DNA of 64,000 nt from the human T2T-CHM13v2.0 reference genome, Homo sapiens (GCF_009914755.1 NC_060932.1); one strand, 5' to 3'; counted from the first letter of the stretch, positions 41,854 through 53,466 are shown. A program made the numbers and translations. The notes: generated from the letters alone by a model not told the origin.

Positions 41854-42559
41854 CCAATATAAGCACAAATCCAAAAACAGAAAAACAAAACCAAACCCCA
41901 CAATGATAAAAACCTGGTGGCTTTAGCTTGCATTGTTTCCTCTAGATTTAAATAATCCAGTTAGAGGTCTTGATTTGTAGAGAAAGTTTTTCCTTACTTT
42001 ATGAAAAAATAATAATGATAAATGTGTTCTTTAGAACAGAGGAAAATCACCAATGAGGTAAAAGAGAAACAGAAAACTGAAAATAAGTAAACAATTTTAC
42101 TCAGAGATCACTGAACCTAATTCTGTAAATAAATTTCTAAGATGATAAATAAAGATATTAAATCAATAAAATTTTGAAACAAAATATCTCGATTTAAACA
42201 GTAATAATTGGTATTTTATTTCAGAACTAATATGCTATTATAAACTGCTTAATCATTTAATTTAATTTTTCTGATTCCTCAGAATCTTGATATTCATATA
42301 CTATCAAAATAATGCTATTGGAATGGATTTCTTACTTAATAACTTAGCCTTGTGCTTTTCAGAGAGAAGTTTCTTTCTTTCTAACATGACCAAAACTTGC
42401 AGTCCAGTGTCCATGTTGCTCCAGTTTTGCTGAGGGAGTTCTAAGAGCTTTCATTTCTTCATCTGCCAATGAAGCCTTTGGACAGAACCCTAAGCTACAA
42501 CTCAGTGGCTTGTAAGTTTTGTTCTTACCAACATATGAGTTCCACACTCATGTTCAATA

Positions 42560-42776
42560 TTTTTTTTTTTTTAGATAGAGTCTCACTCTGTCACCCACAA
42601 TAGAGTACAGTGGCGCGATCTCAGCTCCCTAACCTCTGCCTCCTGGGTTCAAGCAATTCTCATGCCTCAGCCTCCTGAGTAGCTGGGATTACAGGTGCAT
42701 GTCACCACGCCTGGGTAATTTTTGTATTTTAGTGGAGATGGGGTGTCAATATGTTGCCCAGGCTGGTCTCAAACTC
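42560..42776 (-). mobile_element. Alu (old S/J), 5'-truncated
   Basis: Right arm plus part of the left arm ending GGTCTCAAACTC. Confidence 0.92.
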
Positions 42777-42895
42777 TGCCCCAAACATATTTTTGAACAT
42801 CTAACATGTAAAGCAATCAAAAGCCATTCGAATAACCAAAATTAATTACCACAATAGTCTTTCTAGGAGTTGCCAACAGCCCAGTTACTGCTGTA

Positions 42896-42975
42896 TTAGA
42901 TTGGTGCAAAAGTAATTGCGGTTTTTGCTATTGAAAATAATGGAAAAAATGACAATTACTTTTACACCAACCTAA
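42896..42975. mobile_element. MADE1 (Hsmar1-derived 80-bp MITE)
   Basis: TTAGATTGGTGCAAAAGTAATTGCGG..CAATTACTTTTACACCAACCTAA; 80-bp palindrome with TA on both sides. Confidence 0.97.
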
Positions 42976-43139
42976 TAGAAATTACAGCTATTGGAGCACC
43001 TCACTAATGTGTTCCAGGAACAGACGGATTCATGGAAGCTTCGGTGATGAAAAAGGAAGAGTACCAGCTACCCACTGAAACCCACGGTGGGTTAGACCGT
43101 AGCACCCAGACTCCTTTTCCATGAGCCCAAGTCTAGTGC

Positions 43140-43450
43140 AAAGGGGAGAGAGAGAAAGTGATGAACGCCGCACTTCAGGCCTAGCCCAGCAAACTTCCCA
43201 CTCCCCTCCCCTATGCTAAGGGATCTGCAGCCCCTCTTCATTCAGAAACAATGGCGGATGGCAGGAGGCGGGGTTGGGGATGGGAGGACCCAGTGGAAGG
43301 GACCTGGGTCTCTAAATATTACACGGAGAGGAAGTCACTACCATTCTAAACACTACCCAAGACTTTCACATGAGCAACAAACAACCTTGTTTTACATAAG
43401 ACCCTATAATTTCAGTGTGTTTTTCACAGAGCTTAACCTCCTCTGAATAA
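43140..43450 (+). mobile_element. MLT1J-like LTR fragment
   Basis: AAGTGATGAACGCCGCACTTCAGGCCTAGCCC; TGGAAGGGACCTGGGTCTCTAAAT; GACTTTCACATGAGCAA. Confidence 0.65.
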
Positions 43451-44169
43451 GGAGTCAGCTTCTCTTTCCTTCAGAGTGTATTGTTTCATCAGCTTATATA
43501 TGGTTAAATAAGCATAAATGCTTTAATTTTCCTGAAAGAGCCACCTCTAATTTACAGAATAACTACACATCTTTTAAATTAGGATAGAAATCCATGTCTT
43601 ATATTTGTACGATTGATAAGTTTATAACATAAATAATTAGGGAGCATTTAATTTCTGTATCTTAGGTACATTTTTCTGTCTTTAAAATATAAGGAGAAAG
43701 GTGATCGAATACATTTTTTTCATAAACAAAATTGAATCGGTGAAGGAATTCCTAAGAATGCTTTTCCAGGACATTTTCAAAATTCCTTGCCTTTTCAAAA
43801 GGAAATAAACACATATTTAGTAATGCTTATTGATTACCTTGATTCCTGTTTATTATCCTACACTTTGATACATTTCATAAGATTAAACTTTTACATTCTT
43901 CCATATTTCTGAAAGTTTACTGAAAAAAAGTATTGCCATCTGTTTGTTAATAAGACACAATAAAAAACCTAGATAGTAGATACCCATGCAAAAGTTAGCT
44001 CAGTATATTACTTATTTTCTCTAAAAACTATTTTCATTAAATTCTAGCTCAGCACTTACCTTGTAAAAGAATAATTGTTCAATTAACGCCACCCTAATCT
44101 GTTTACAAGACTCTCCCATTAGATAGTTGGTGCTATATATAACATAGACTCCAAATATTTGTTCTGCTC

Positions 44170-45095
44170 ACATTATCCAGTGTTTTATGGGTGCCAGGCT
44201 GTCCTTATCTCTGGCTATTGATTACAAATAAGTAAAATACAAGAGTCTAACCCTCTAGAGGCTTATGATTTTTAGGGGAGAAAATGACATAGAAGTATTC
44301 AATTCTTATGCATGGACATGCATGTTATCATAGTGGCTTATATAATGGGCCATTGGTGGAAACATCTATTTCCAATTGTGACAAAAAAGAAAGTTTGATT
44401 AAGTGGGAGATATCTGAGCAAGGCAATGGAAGATACATAAATACTCACCAGGCTGAAGAGAAAATGACATTTTCAAGCTAAGAGGTAGATCAGTTTATCT
44501 AAAGACATCTTGATGATTGTCTATAAGAGTTGTAATGAAACAGAAGCTTTATATGAGAATGTCTGCTTGTATGACCAAAAGGTTTCTTTGGAGCTGAAGG
44601 AAAAATTATACGCTGGTCAATTTCAGTTTAACATCTTTGAAATGAAAGTGAAAGATATTTGGAATTATGTGAATAGGCAGTGAAAATAGTATCAGCAGGA
44701 GGGGACCCTCATAGTAGAGACAAGTGTGAGAATCCCACGAACACAGACAAAACTGAACGTTTCTCAGTCACAAGAGAGAAATTAAAATTGTCCCTATTAA
44801 ATGAGCATCTGGAGATTGTGAGCTATGTAGAAAAAAAATACCAAAAAAAAAAAAAAAACCCAAAAAACAAAAACAGTGAAATTGCAGATGTAGGAGGCAG
44901 GAGAAGAGGTAATAATTTTTTTTTTTTTCAATTCTGAGGAGGTGTCATTTTAAGCATCTCCCTGATACCGCCCATACTCAGTTCATTTAACAAACATTTA
45001 TTTTTCATCAGCTGTGTGTCTCACTTTGCTAGATGCATTGGAGTGATATAAAGATAAAGATGATATGTTTTTCCTTCGAGAAAACTACAGGATTG
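44170..45095 (-). mobile_element. Cluster of L2 fragments
   Basis: AACCCTCTAGAGGCTTATGA, GATATCTGAGCAAG..GAAGAT, TTCATTTAACAAACATTTATT; boundaries approximate. Confidence 0.55.
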
Positions 45096-45245
45096 TATAA
45101 GATGGGACTTCCAGTTAGTTCAAATATCAGTGTTAATTTTGATATTGAATTTTATACATAATCTTTGCCATGCTTCAAAGTCAACCCACTTAGATACCAA
45201 TGAAACAAGTAAGAATTTTATTCCAGAATTTAATTTAGTAGTATT

Positions 45246-45503
45246 TTCTTTCTTTTTAATAAAATCATCCAAACGTTATAAATTTGCAAGATGAAGTTTA
45301 CTGCATATTAAAGAGATCAAAGAGAATCAGAATATGCCATATTTTCTTTTATAAATAAATGAGTCAGGAGATTGGAAGATGTTTCCTCCTTACCAACCCC
45401 CACCCTCTGAAAAAATAATGCTTGATAACAAGGCAGCTGGTAGTGGGTCTGGAACCATTTTTAGCTGCTTCAAAGGGGAATCAGATGTACTGAAATGTAA
45501 AGA
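45246..45503 (+). repeat. 258-bp direct duplication, copy 1
   Basis: Colinear with 45924-46181 at offset 678; 9 substitutions and no indel by manual comparison. Confidence 0.97.
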
Positions 45504-45923
45504 TGTAAAACACTCATAAATTATTTCAGTGGAATGTCAAAACAGCCAGTCATAATATGTCTACTATTTAAAAATATTAAATTTTAGTGGTTTTTTTTTG
45601 GAATGTAAGCTTTCTGGAAGCTTTTAGTAGCATTTCTTCCTAGAGGAAAATGCCTAAATAGGATGGTGCACAGGGGCATAAATCCCACAGGACAGGTCCA
45701 ATGTGAGGGCAGCCTGAGCTTTCCTGCGGCTGTGACATGGATGTGAAGTCTGTGTTACCAGGGTGAGAAAAGACAACATGAGAAGCAGGAATTCCAGAAG
45801 TGTGAGTGCAAAGATGATAGAAGAGGAGAGTGAAGAATAAGGCAGAGGGAAAAAAGAAAATACTTGGAATGATAAATGAAGTAAAATAAACAATAGACCT
45901 TTTAGGGAGAATTGAAGTATTAA

Positions 45924-46181
45924 TTCTTTCTTTTTAACAAAATCATCCAAACATTATAAATTTGCAAGATGAAGTTTACTGCATATTAAAGAGATCAAAG
46001 AGAATCAGAATATGCCATATTTTCTTTTATAAGTAAATGAGTCAGGAGATTGGAAGATGTTTCCTCCCTACCAACCCCCACCCTCTGGAAAAATAAAGCT
46101 TGATAACAAGGCAGCTGGTATTTGGTCTGGAACCATTTTTAGCTGCTTCAAAGGGGAATCAGATGTATTGAAATGTAAAGA
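45924..46181 (+). repeat. 258-bp direct duplication, copy 2
   Basis: About 96.5% identical to 45246-45503. Confidence 0.97.
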
Positions 46182-46441
46182 ATTAATTAAAGAATTAAAT
46201 ACTGTGTTCCAGCAAGAGCAGTAAACCTAAGCCATGGGATTCTTACTAGACGCTGTCTACGTCTGCTACCTCCTGTAATAGAGAGGAAATCACATGGAAA
46301 TGGAAAGGATGCTGGTCAGGAAAGCCAGTCCTGCAGAGCGAAAGCAGACACACCCCAGCCAAGTCACCCTGCAGACCATTATCATCAAGTTCTTTGTGAG
46401 GAGGAACAGTGCTAAGTCCATAATAATAATCACAGTCATGC

Positions 46442-46630
46442 TGATAATAGACACTTTTGACACTTATTAAGCCTCATTCTAAGTTCTTTACATGTGATGA
46501 TTTACTTAGTTGTCACACACACTAAATATCATATTATCATTACCACCCCCATGACAGATATGGAAACTGAAGCATTGGGATGTTAAATTGCCCCAAGATT
46601 CACAGCTGGTGCTTAGTAGGACAAGAAGCC
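46442..46630 (-). mobile_element. MIR fragment
   Basis: TTCTAAGTTCTTTACATG..ACAGATATGGAAACTGAAGC..GTTAAATTGCCCCAAGATTCACAGCT. Confidence 0.7.
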
Positions 46631-46701
46631 AGCTCCTGTCGCCCTGACAGGGTGTTTATGTGGTTTACCTGATAGAGGTATATGAAAGCCTTAAATCACT
46701 A

Positions 46702-47066
46702 TTTTATGATTTTGCTGTGTCTCCACCCAAATCTCATGGTGAAATGTAACTCCCATAATTCCCACATGTTGTGGGAGGGACCCGGTGGGAGGTAACTCAA
46801 TCTTGGGGGTAGGTCTTTCTCATCCTATTAACTTGATAGTGAATAAGTCTAAAGAGATCTGATGGTTGTATAAAGGGGAGTTCTCCTTCACACGCTCCCT
46901 TTGCCTGCTGCCATGGAAGACGTGACTTTGCTCCTCATTCACCTTCCGCCATGATAGTGAGGTCTCTCCAGCCATGTGGAACTGTGAGTCAATTAAACCT
47001 CTTTCCTTTATAAATGACCAAGTCTTGGGTATGTCTTTATCAGCAGCATGAGAACAGACTGTTACA
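46702..47066 (+). mobile_element. THE1 (C/D) solo LTR
   Basis: GCTGTGTCTCCACCCAAATCTCAT..GGGAGGGACCCGGTGGGAGG; perfect 5-bp TSD CACTA at 46697-46701 and 47067-47071. Confidence 0.95.
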
Positions 47067-47143
47067 CACTACAACTAAATATTTCCCAGGTTAGCCATAC
47101 AGGTATTCTTATATTTTTTGTAGACAATTAAAAAGCATAATGC

Positions 47144-47145
<2 letters not shown>

Positions 47146-47188
<43 letters not shown>
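47146..47188 (+). repeat. Pure poly(A), 43 nt
   Basis: Uninterrupted A run with no Alu or L1 body upstream. Confidence 0.97.
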
Positions 47189-47189
<1 letters not shown>

Positions 47190-47311
47190 CAAATACTTTG
47201 TTCCAAACATACGCTTTATTAACTAAGGGACAAGGGAAGAGACTTCCTCTTCTACCTCAGATAATAATTAGCTTCATGAACTTAGGTGAGTCTCTTCCCT
47301 ACTCAAAGCAA

Positions 47312-47716
47312 TCTTCCCTTCCCTCTTCCCTTCCCTCTTCCCTTCCCTCCTTGCTTCCTTCCTTCTTGCCTTCCTTCCCTCCTCCCTTCCTTCCCTCTCC
47401 CCTTCCTTCCCTCCTCTCTTCCTTCCGTCTTCCTTTCCTTCCCTCCTCTCTTCCTTCCCCTTTCCCTTCCTTCCCCTTTCCCTTCCCTTCCTTGCCTCCT
47501 CTCTTCCTTCCCTCTTCCCTCCTTCCCTCCTCTCTTCCTTCCCCTTTCTCTTCCTTCCCCTTTCCCTTCCCTTCCTTCACTCCCTCCCTTCCTCTCTTCC
47601 TCCCTCCCTCCTCCCTCCTCCCTTCCCTTCCCTTCCTTCCTTCCCTCCCTCCCTTCCTTCCTCTCTTCCTCCCTCTCCCTGTCCCTCTCCTTCTCCGTTC
47701 CCGTTCCTTTCCTTCC
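47312..47716. repeat. About 400-bp CT-rich low-complexity tract (CCTT/CCCT variants)
   Basis: Almost purine-free on the + strand. Confidence 0.97.
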
Positions 47717-48223
47717 ATTTTATTAGTTAAGAGAATATACTTGACAATCTCTAAGGAATGATTCAAAGTGCCTTTAACCTATGTGGCTGCCTTTTATTTT
47801 TCTCCCCTCTCTTGAGCTTTCTTTCTCAGCCATCCTTCAGCCTGGTCAGCACTCTCCTGTTCAATTCCAGATGTGAACAGAATACCAACATAAAATTGAA
47901 CAAGTTCCCAAGAGTTTGTTAATTTTGTTTCCCACATAGCAAGCCTGCAATAGTCATCAGTCCATGTACAGATCCATTTTTAACCTGTCCCAAAAGAAAG
48001 TGTGAATTCTCAGACTTGGCGGCCGATTTCCAGAAATAGTCCCAGGGCTGGGAGCACTCAGCCTCACCTCATCAACTGCCCTCATAGACAGCACAGGAAA
48101 GTGACCAGAGGAGGGGCATGCAGGCTTCTCCTTCGCAGGAGAATACAAATCAGGATTCTTTGCAAACTTGCTGGTTTCTATTTTCTGGTTTATACAGATT
48201 ATTGTTTTAAAAAGCAGAATACA

Positions 48224-50099
48224 GTTTCTTCTGGTTTCCTGTTCAGCATGTAAGAAGCTGGAAGTCACCACTCTGTCCTAAGAGAAAGCTCCACAAACTG
48301 AAAGATCAATTCTTCTTAGATCATTCAGAGAGGTGGGGGTCATAGGACAATTTGCTGCTCCCAAGATTGGAGACACATACAGGGAACTACAGAAAGTGAT
48401 GGTACCAGGGCAGAAACCCACAAGCACAAAGCTCCAGAGTGGGAGTAGGGAAGGCAGAGCCGTAACTGATGAACTGCTGCTGGCTCAGTGTTCCCCAAGA
48501 GAACTCAGTCATTAGGGGGCCCATTCATGACATTAGTTTTACTCCAAGAGGACTCAATCATCAGGGGTCTACACATTGTGAGTTTTACTTCCTGGAGCTT
48601 CACTAGGTTCTCACAAGGAATATTGGAGAAGAGCCTCCTCCTGCTTCCAGCTTGGGGAGGGGAAAAGGAACCATTTTTGCAGAGCATTTCATTCTTCCTA
48701 ACAAGATAGGCCCACATTACCCTAACATCAACACCAGACAGAGGCATTCCAAAAAAAGAAAACTGCAGACCAACGTTTCTCATGGACATGGTTGCAAAAA
48801 TCCTCAACAAAATATTAGCAAAATAAATTCAACAACGTATAAAAAGAATTATATACCATGTTTCACTGGGATTCATCTCAGGTATGCAAGGCTGGTTCAA
48901 TACTGAAAAATTAATTAACATATCACATCAACAGGTTAAAGAAAAAATCACATGATCACATCAACACATGCAGAGAAAAGCAATTAACAAAATCCAATAC
49001 ATATTTATGATTCAAAAAATATCCTCAGTAAACCAGAACAAGAGGGAAACCTTCTCAATCTGGTAAAGAATATCTACCAAAAAACCCTGCAGCTAACATT
49101 TTACTTAATGAAAACTCAAAGCTTTCTCACTAAGAGCAGGAAACAAGGCACAAATGTCCCCTTTCACCACTGATTTCCAACATCGTAGCTAATGCAATAA
49201 AGCAAGTAGAGAAAATAAATGGAATACAGATAGAGAAGGAAGAAATAAAAGTTGTTTATTCCCTGCAGGTGACACAACTGTCTATGTATAACATCCTAAA
49301 TAATTGAGAAAAAAAATCACCTTCCTAGAACTAATAAGCAATTATAGCAGGGTTGTAGGATACAAAGTTAACACTAATGCACAAAATAAATTGCTTTTTT
49401 ATATACCGGCAATGAAATGGAATTCAAAATTAAATATAATAATACCATTTACATTAGCATACCCCAAAATGAAATACTTAGATATAAATCTAGCAAAATA
49501 CATACAAAGTGTATATGAAGAACTCTATAAAACTCTGAATTAAAAAAATAACTAAACAAAGAGCCCATGTTCATGGATTTAAAAAAAAAAAAACCTCAGT
49601 ACTGTCAAGTTGTCAGCTCTTTCGAACTTTAAATACCTATTACCAAGTGAAAGAAGTTAATTTGAAAAAGCTACAGAGTATATGATTCCAACTGTGTAAT
49701 ATTTTCGAAACAGCAAAATTAGGGAAACAGTGAACAGGTCAGTGATTGCCAGGAGTTGAGGGAGAGAAGGATTAATAAGCAGAGCACAGATAATTAAACA
49801 ATGAAAATTATCTGTATGATACTATAAGGATGGATACATGTTATTGAACTTTTGTCCAAACCCATAAAATTGACAACAGCAAGAGTGCGCCCCAATGTAA
49901 ACTATGGGCTTTGGTTAATCGAAATATGTCAAAGTAGGTTCATTGATTGTAATAAATGTACCATTCTTATGGGGGGATGTTGATAATAAAGGAGATCCTG
50001 TATGTGTGGGGACAGGGGGTATATAAATTTTTTTTAACCTTCCCCTTAATTTGGCTGTGCACCTAAAACTACTCTACAAAACTAAATCTAGTAAAACAT
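48224..50099 (+). mobile_element. L1MC element keeping its 5' end (L1MCa-like), part of ORF2 and an L1MC1-like 3' UTR
   Basis: 5' end CTTCTGGTTTCC..CAGCATGTAAGAAGCT..AAGTCACCACTC; RT-region DNA AAGAAAACTGCAGACCAA..GCAAAAATCCTCAACAAAATATTAGCAA..GGTATGCAAGGCTGGTTCAA; 3' UTR AATGTAAACTATGGGCTTTGG..CCTAAAACTACTCT. Confidence 0.85.
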
Positions 50100-50679
50100 A
50101 AAGCAGCAAACATCGAAGCTACTATAGCGATGCTAATTTAAAGAGAAATCCTCAAGTAGCACCTGTAAAATTTTAATTCTACTAATGATCATGTTCAAAG
50201 CATGTTAAAAGTAGATCCCAATTCTTTCATACCCACAACAAAGATGAAATGTCGGACTGTAACATTTACTCTTTAAGTTAGAGAAGAACTCTCGTTTCAT
50301 GAAATCTTCTAGAGAATCATATCAAGTGACACACTGATTAAGCACATTTGTGTTAAATGGAGCATGTAAAAGATAAATTTTGAAGATGAAACAATGAAGG
50401 TAAAGGAATAGTTCTTTGCACTTGTACTCATAATTGAGAAAGGTAATTTCATTTTCTGGGGGACTTTAAAGTCCACAGATACACACACATAAACTTGCTA
50501 CTTTGGCAAAAATACATAAATTTCGATGAAAATAATTATTCCTTATGTACAGCTGGGGAATATTACTTAAGCTACGCTTTCTCTGTGATGTACTGCTCTG
50601 ACAACCATAAAATTATTTTCCTCTGTAGGTCTGATTTTTGTGATCAGTGGTTCCTAGGTATTGCTAATTTGAAGTGTGA

Positions 50680-51270
50680 TGTCAAATTTCTCAAACCTGA
50701 GTGATCCAAAGAATCACTTGGGACTCTTTTTAACCCTAGATTGTAGCTAAAGAGCCTCCTCATTTGTGTTAGTCAGCTCAGACTGCCATAATGAAATACC
50801 ACAAACTAGGTAGCTTAAACAACAAAATTTTTATTTTTTTATTATTATTATTTTTTACAGTTCTAGAGGCTGAAGTTCTAGATCAAGATTCACACAGAGT
50901 GAGCTCCTGGTGAGAGCTCTCTTCCTGGCTTGCAAAATGCCACCTTCTTACCGTGTCCTCATAAGGCAGAGTAGGGGATGGGGAGGTTTCCTCTGGTGTC
51001 TGTGCTTCTTTTTATACGGATATAAATCCCCTTGGATCAGGCCCCACTCTTATTATCTCATTTAACCTTAATTACTTCTTTAGAGACCCTCTCTCCATAT
51101 ACGGCTATACTGCAGATCAGAAGTAAAATACCTGAATTTTAGGGGGACACAGGCAGTCCACAATACCATTCTAGAAGGCAGATCTGAATGCCACAGGAAA
51201 AGCCTGATATGCATTTTTAAGTAGCATCCTGATGATTCTCCAGGTGACGCACACATGGGAATCAACGAAG
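50680..51270. mobile_element. MER5-like element split by an MLT1B LTR
   Basis: TTTCTCAAACC..AGAATCACTTGGG on the left; TATGCATTTTTAAGTAGCATCCTGATGATTCT on the right. Confidence 0.55.
50765..51165 (-). mobile_element. MLT1A/B solo LTR
   Basis: CTGCCATAATGAAATACCACAAACTAGGTAGCTTAAACAACA..TCATTTAACCTTAATTAC..GAATTTTAGGGGGACACA; TSD TCATT/CCATT. Confidence 0.9.
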
Positions 51271-51949
51271 AGGGAACATCGTGAGTTAAAGAACTCAAAA
51301 CAACTGACGCTAATTCCAACTCAAAACTTAGCTACTGAGACCGCTTGACCTAATCTACATTCCTGTATCTTGGTTTTTAAAGTTTTTATAAAAGCAACAT
51401 CAGCCCTGTTAAATAAAAAAGTAGGCCTCAACTACATAAATAGAGTACCTGGTACCTAATATAGATACAAATTAAACCTACTATTAGTAACTTCCTCCAA
51501 ATATGATTGTGAACAGTGGAGAATAAAGAAGATACACACTCTGGTGATTACATGACTCATACCTTAGTGCTGGCTGCTGTTACTGTTTTCCAACTTGTAC
51601 AGGTAGAGAAAGTCTACCTCCTCCCCAAAATAAACAACCACACCAAAAACAAAGATGGCTCGAGAACAGAGTAAGCAATATGAATCCAGACTCATTCATT
51701 ACATATCTCACCCAAGATTTTTGGCCTTTTAAGCCTCAGTGGAAATGATTTACATTTTATTTCCATGGCAGCTTTCCATTCTCAAAAGAAGAAGCACTTT
51801 CAGAACTACACTCCACACCCAGAAGGCAAATGATACTTTATAATCCATTCTTTGTACGATTTACAGCAGCTCCCTTGGAAAGGAATTTACTGGTCGGTGT
51901 GGTGTGGCTGTTATTATGTCTGAGTTTAGGAACTGCTTCTAACTTCTCT

Positions 51950-52260
51950 TCATTAAGTAGTTAAAAAATATTTAATGAGTCTCTATTACGCGTTAGGTGC
52001 TCTGCTAGGAAATGGAATTATATGCAGAGACCACAGTCTCTGATCTGATGTGGCTCATGTACTCAGAGAAATAGCACATGTAAATAAACAATAGTTATGG
52101 CCTCGCTTGATAGGTGCCATGACATAGTGGAGAGAGATGTTAAATGTTATGGGACCCATGAAGAGGCGTCTTTGTCTGCTTGACAAAGTCAGGAACGCTT
52201 TCAGAGGAGAGTTAATATCTGATCTGGATTTAAAAGAACGTCTAGAAATATGAGCTTAAA
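51950..52260 (-). mobile_element. L2 3' fragment
   Basis: AAATATTTAATGAGTCTCTATTA..GTGCTCTGCTAGG; GTCAGGAACGCTTTCAGAGGAG. Confidence 0.7.
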
Positions 52261-52528
52261 GAAATACACGGTTTTATTAAAAACTTCATACAGTTATTCA
52301 AAATTGAGTAAGGATAAACCCAGTTAAATTCAAGTCTGGATATACTTGCCTTACATGAGACATCTAAATTTTATCAATAGCAACAACAGAAACAAAATAA
52401 AAATGAGAACGGATTCCCTCTAGGGTGTTTGCCTGTGGTAAGCAAGATGAGGCTGTCCTGCAGTGCTGGGGTGAATGCTTATGAGCCCTGTAGAGCCCAG
52501 GGTAGTCTGGACGTGCTCTGCAACTCTC

Positions 52529-53466
52529 TGTTTTATAAATGAGCCAAAGACGGCCTGTGTGCACTGATGCCCGGGTTGTTTATTTCTTCATTGCAGGCTG
52601 AGAGCTTTAGCTCATAAGCCTGCTGGCACCAAACTCAAATTTTACACATCCAATTATTTTAAAAATAGCCCAAACTAGCAGACTTGTAGCCATTTAGAGC
52701 CTGCCTGCTTTGCATACCCTGCAAAACTTCACCTGACAGCTGTTACCCATTGATAAGATAAGACTTTGGAGTTGTAAGATCCTGTTGAGGACTGAGTTCT
52801 GTCTTCCCAAAACTGCTATGTTGAAATCTCAACCCCAGGTGCCTCAGAATGTGACTGTACCGGGGGCTGAGTTCTTTAGAGAGTAATTAAGATTAAAAGA
52901 GGTCATGCAGGGGCCCTAATCCAATATGACTGGTGCCTCCTAATAAGAGAAGATAAGAACCCAGACACACACAGAGGGAAGACCACGTGAGGACCCAGAG
53001 AGAAGGGGCCTTCTGCAAGCCAAGGAGGGGCCTCAGGAGAAACCAACCCCACTGACACCGTGATCTTGGACTTCTCGATTCCAAAATTAAGAAGAAACAG
53101 ATTTCTGTTCTTTAAGGCATCCAGTTTGTGGTACTTTATCATGGCAGCCTGAGACTAACACAGACTCCAAGCTGCTGGTGTCCATGGAAGGCCTCTGCCC
53201 CAGAGACGCCTCACCCTCCAGGCTGCTGAGAGACAACGGCTGGACCCCGGGCCCTTCTATGATCCCCCTTCCTTGGGGAGTTGATGTGCCATTCTCCCCT
53301 GCTTGGTGTGGCCCCCAGCCACTGCCGTAAGCCTCTGGAAGAGCTTGTGTTGTATGGGGTCTCCCTTCTCATGCAAGCATCGCCTGATAAAACCTGTTGT
53401 GTGATCCTGCCTCTCTCAAGTTCTTATCTTTTCCATGATCAGCCCCAGATTCCTCCAACCCCTACA
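52529..53466 (+). mobile_element. ERVL-class solo LTR (MER73/MER74-like) split by an MLT1B
   Basis: TG..CA termini; TGTTTTATAAATGAGCCAAAGA, GGCACCAAACTCAAATTTT, TAGCCATTTAGAGCCTGCCTGCTTTGCA. Confidence 0.7.
52783..53162 (+). mobile_element. MLT1B solo LTR (nested)
   Basis: CCTCAGAATGTGACTGTA..GGGCCCTAATCCAATATGACTGGTG..AAGCCAAGGAG..TGTGGTACTTT; TSD GATCC/GACTC. Confidence 0.92.

Noticed and set aside
47198-47766. Longest ORFs (187, 155 and 146 aa; Pro/Ser/Leu-rich or Gly/Arg/Glu-rich)
   Set aside because: Translations of the CT-rich low-complexity tract, which lacks stop codons by composition
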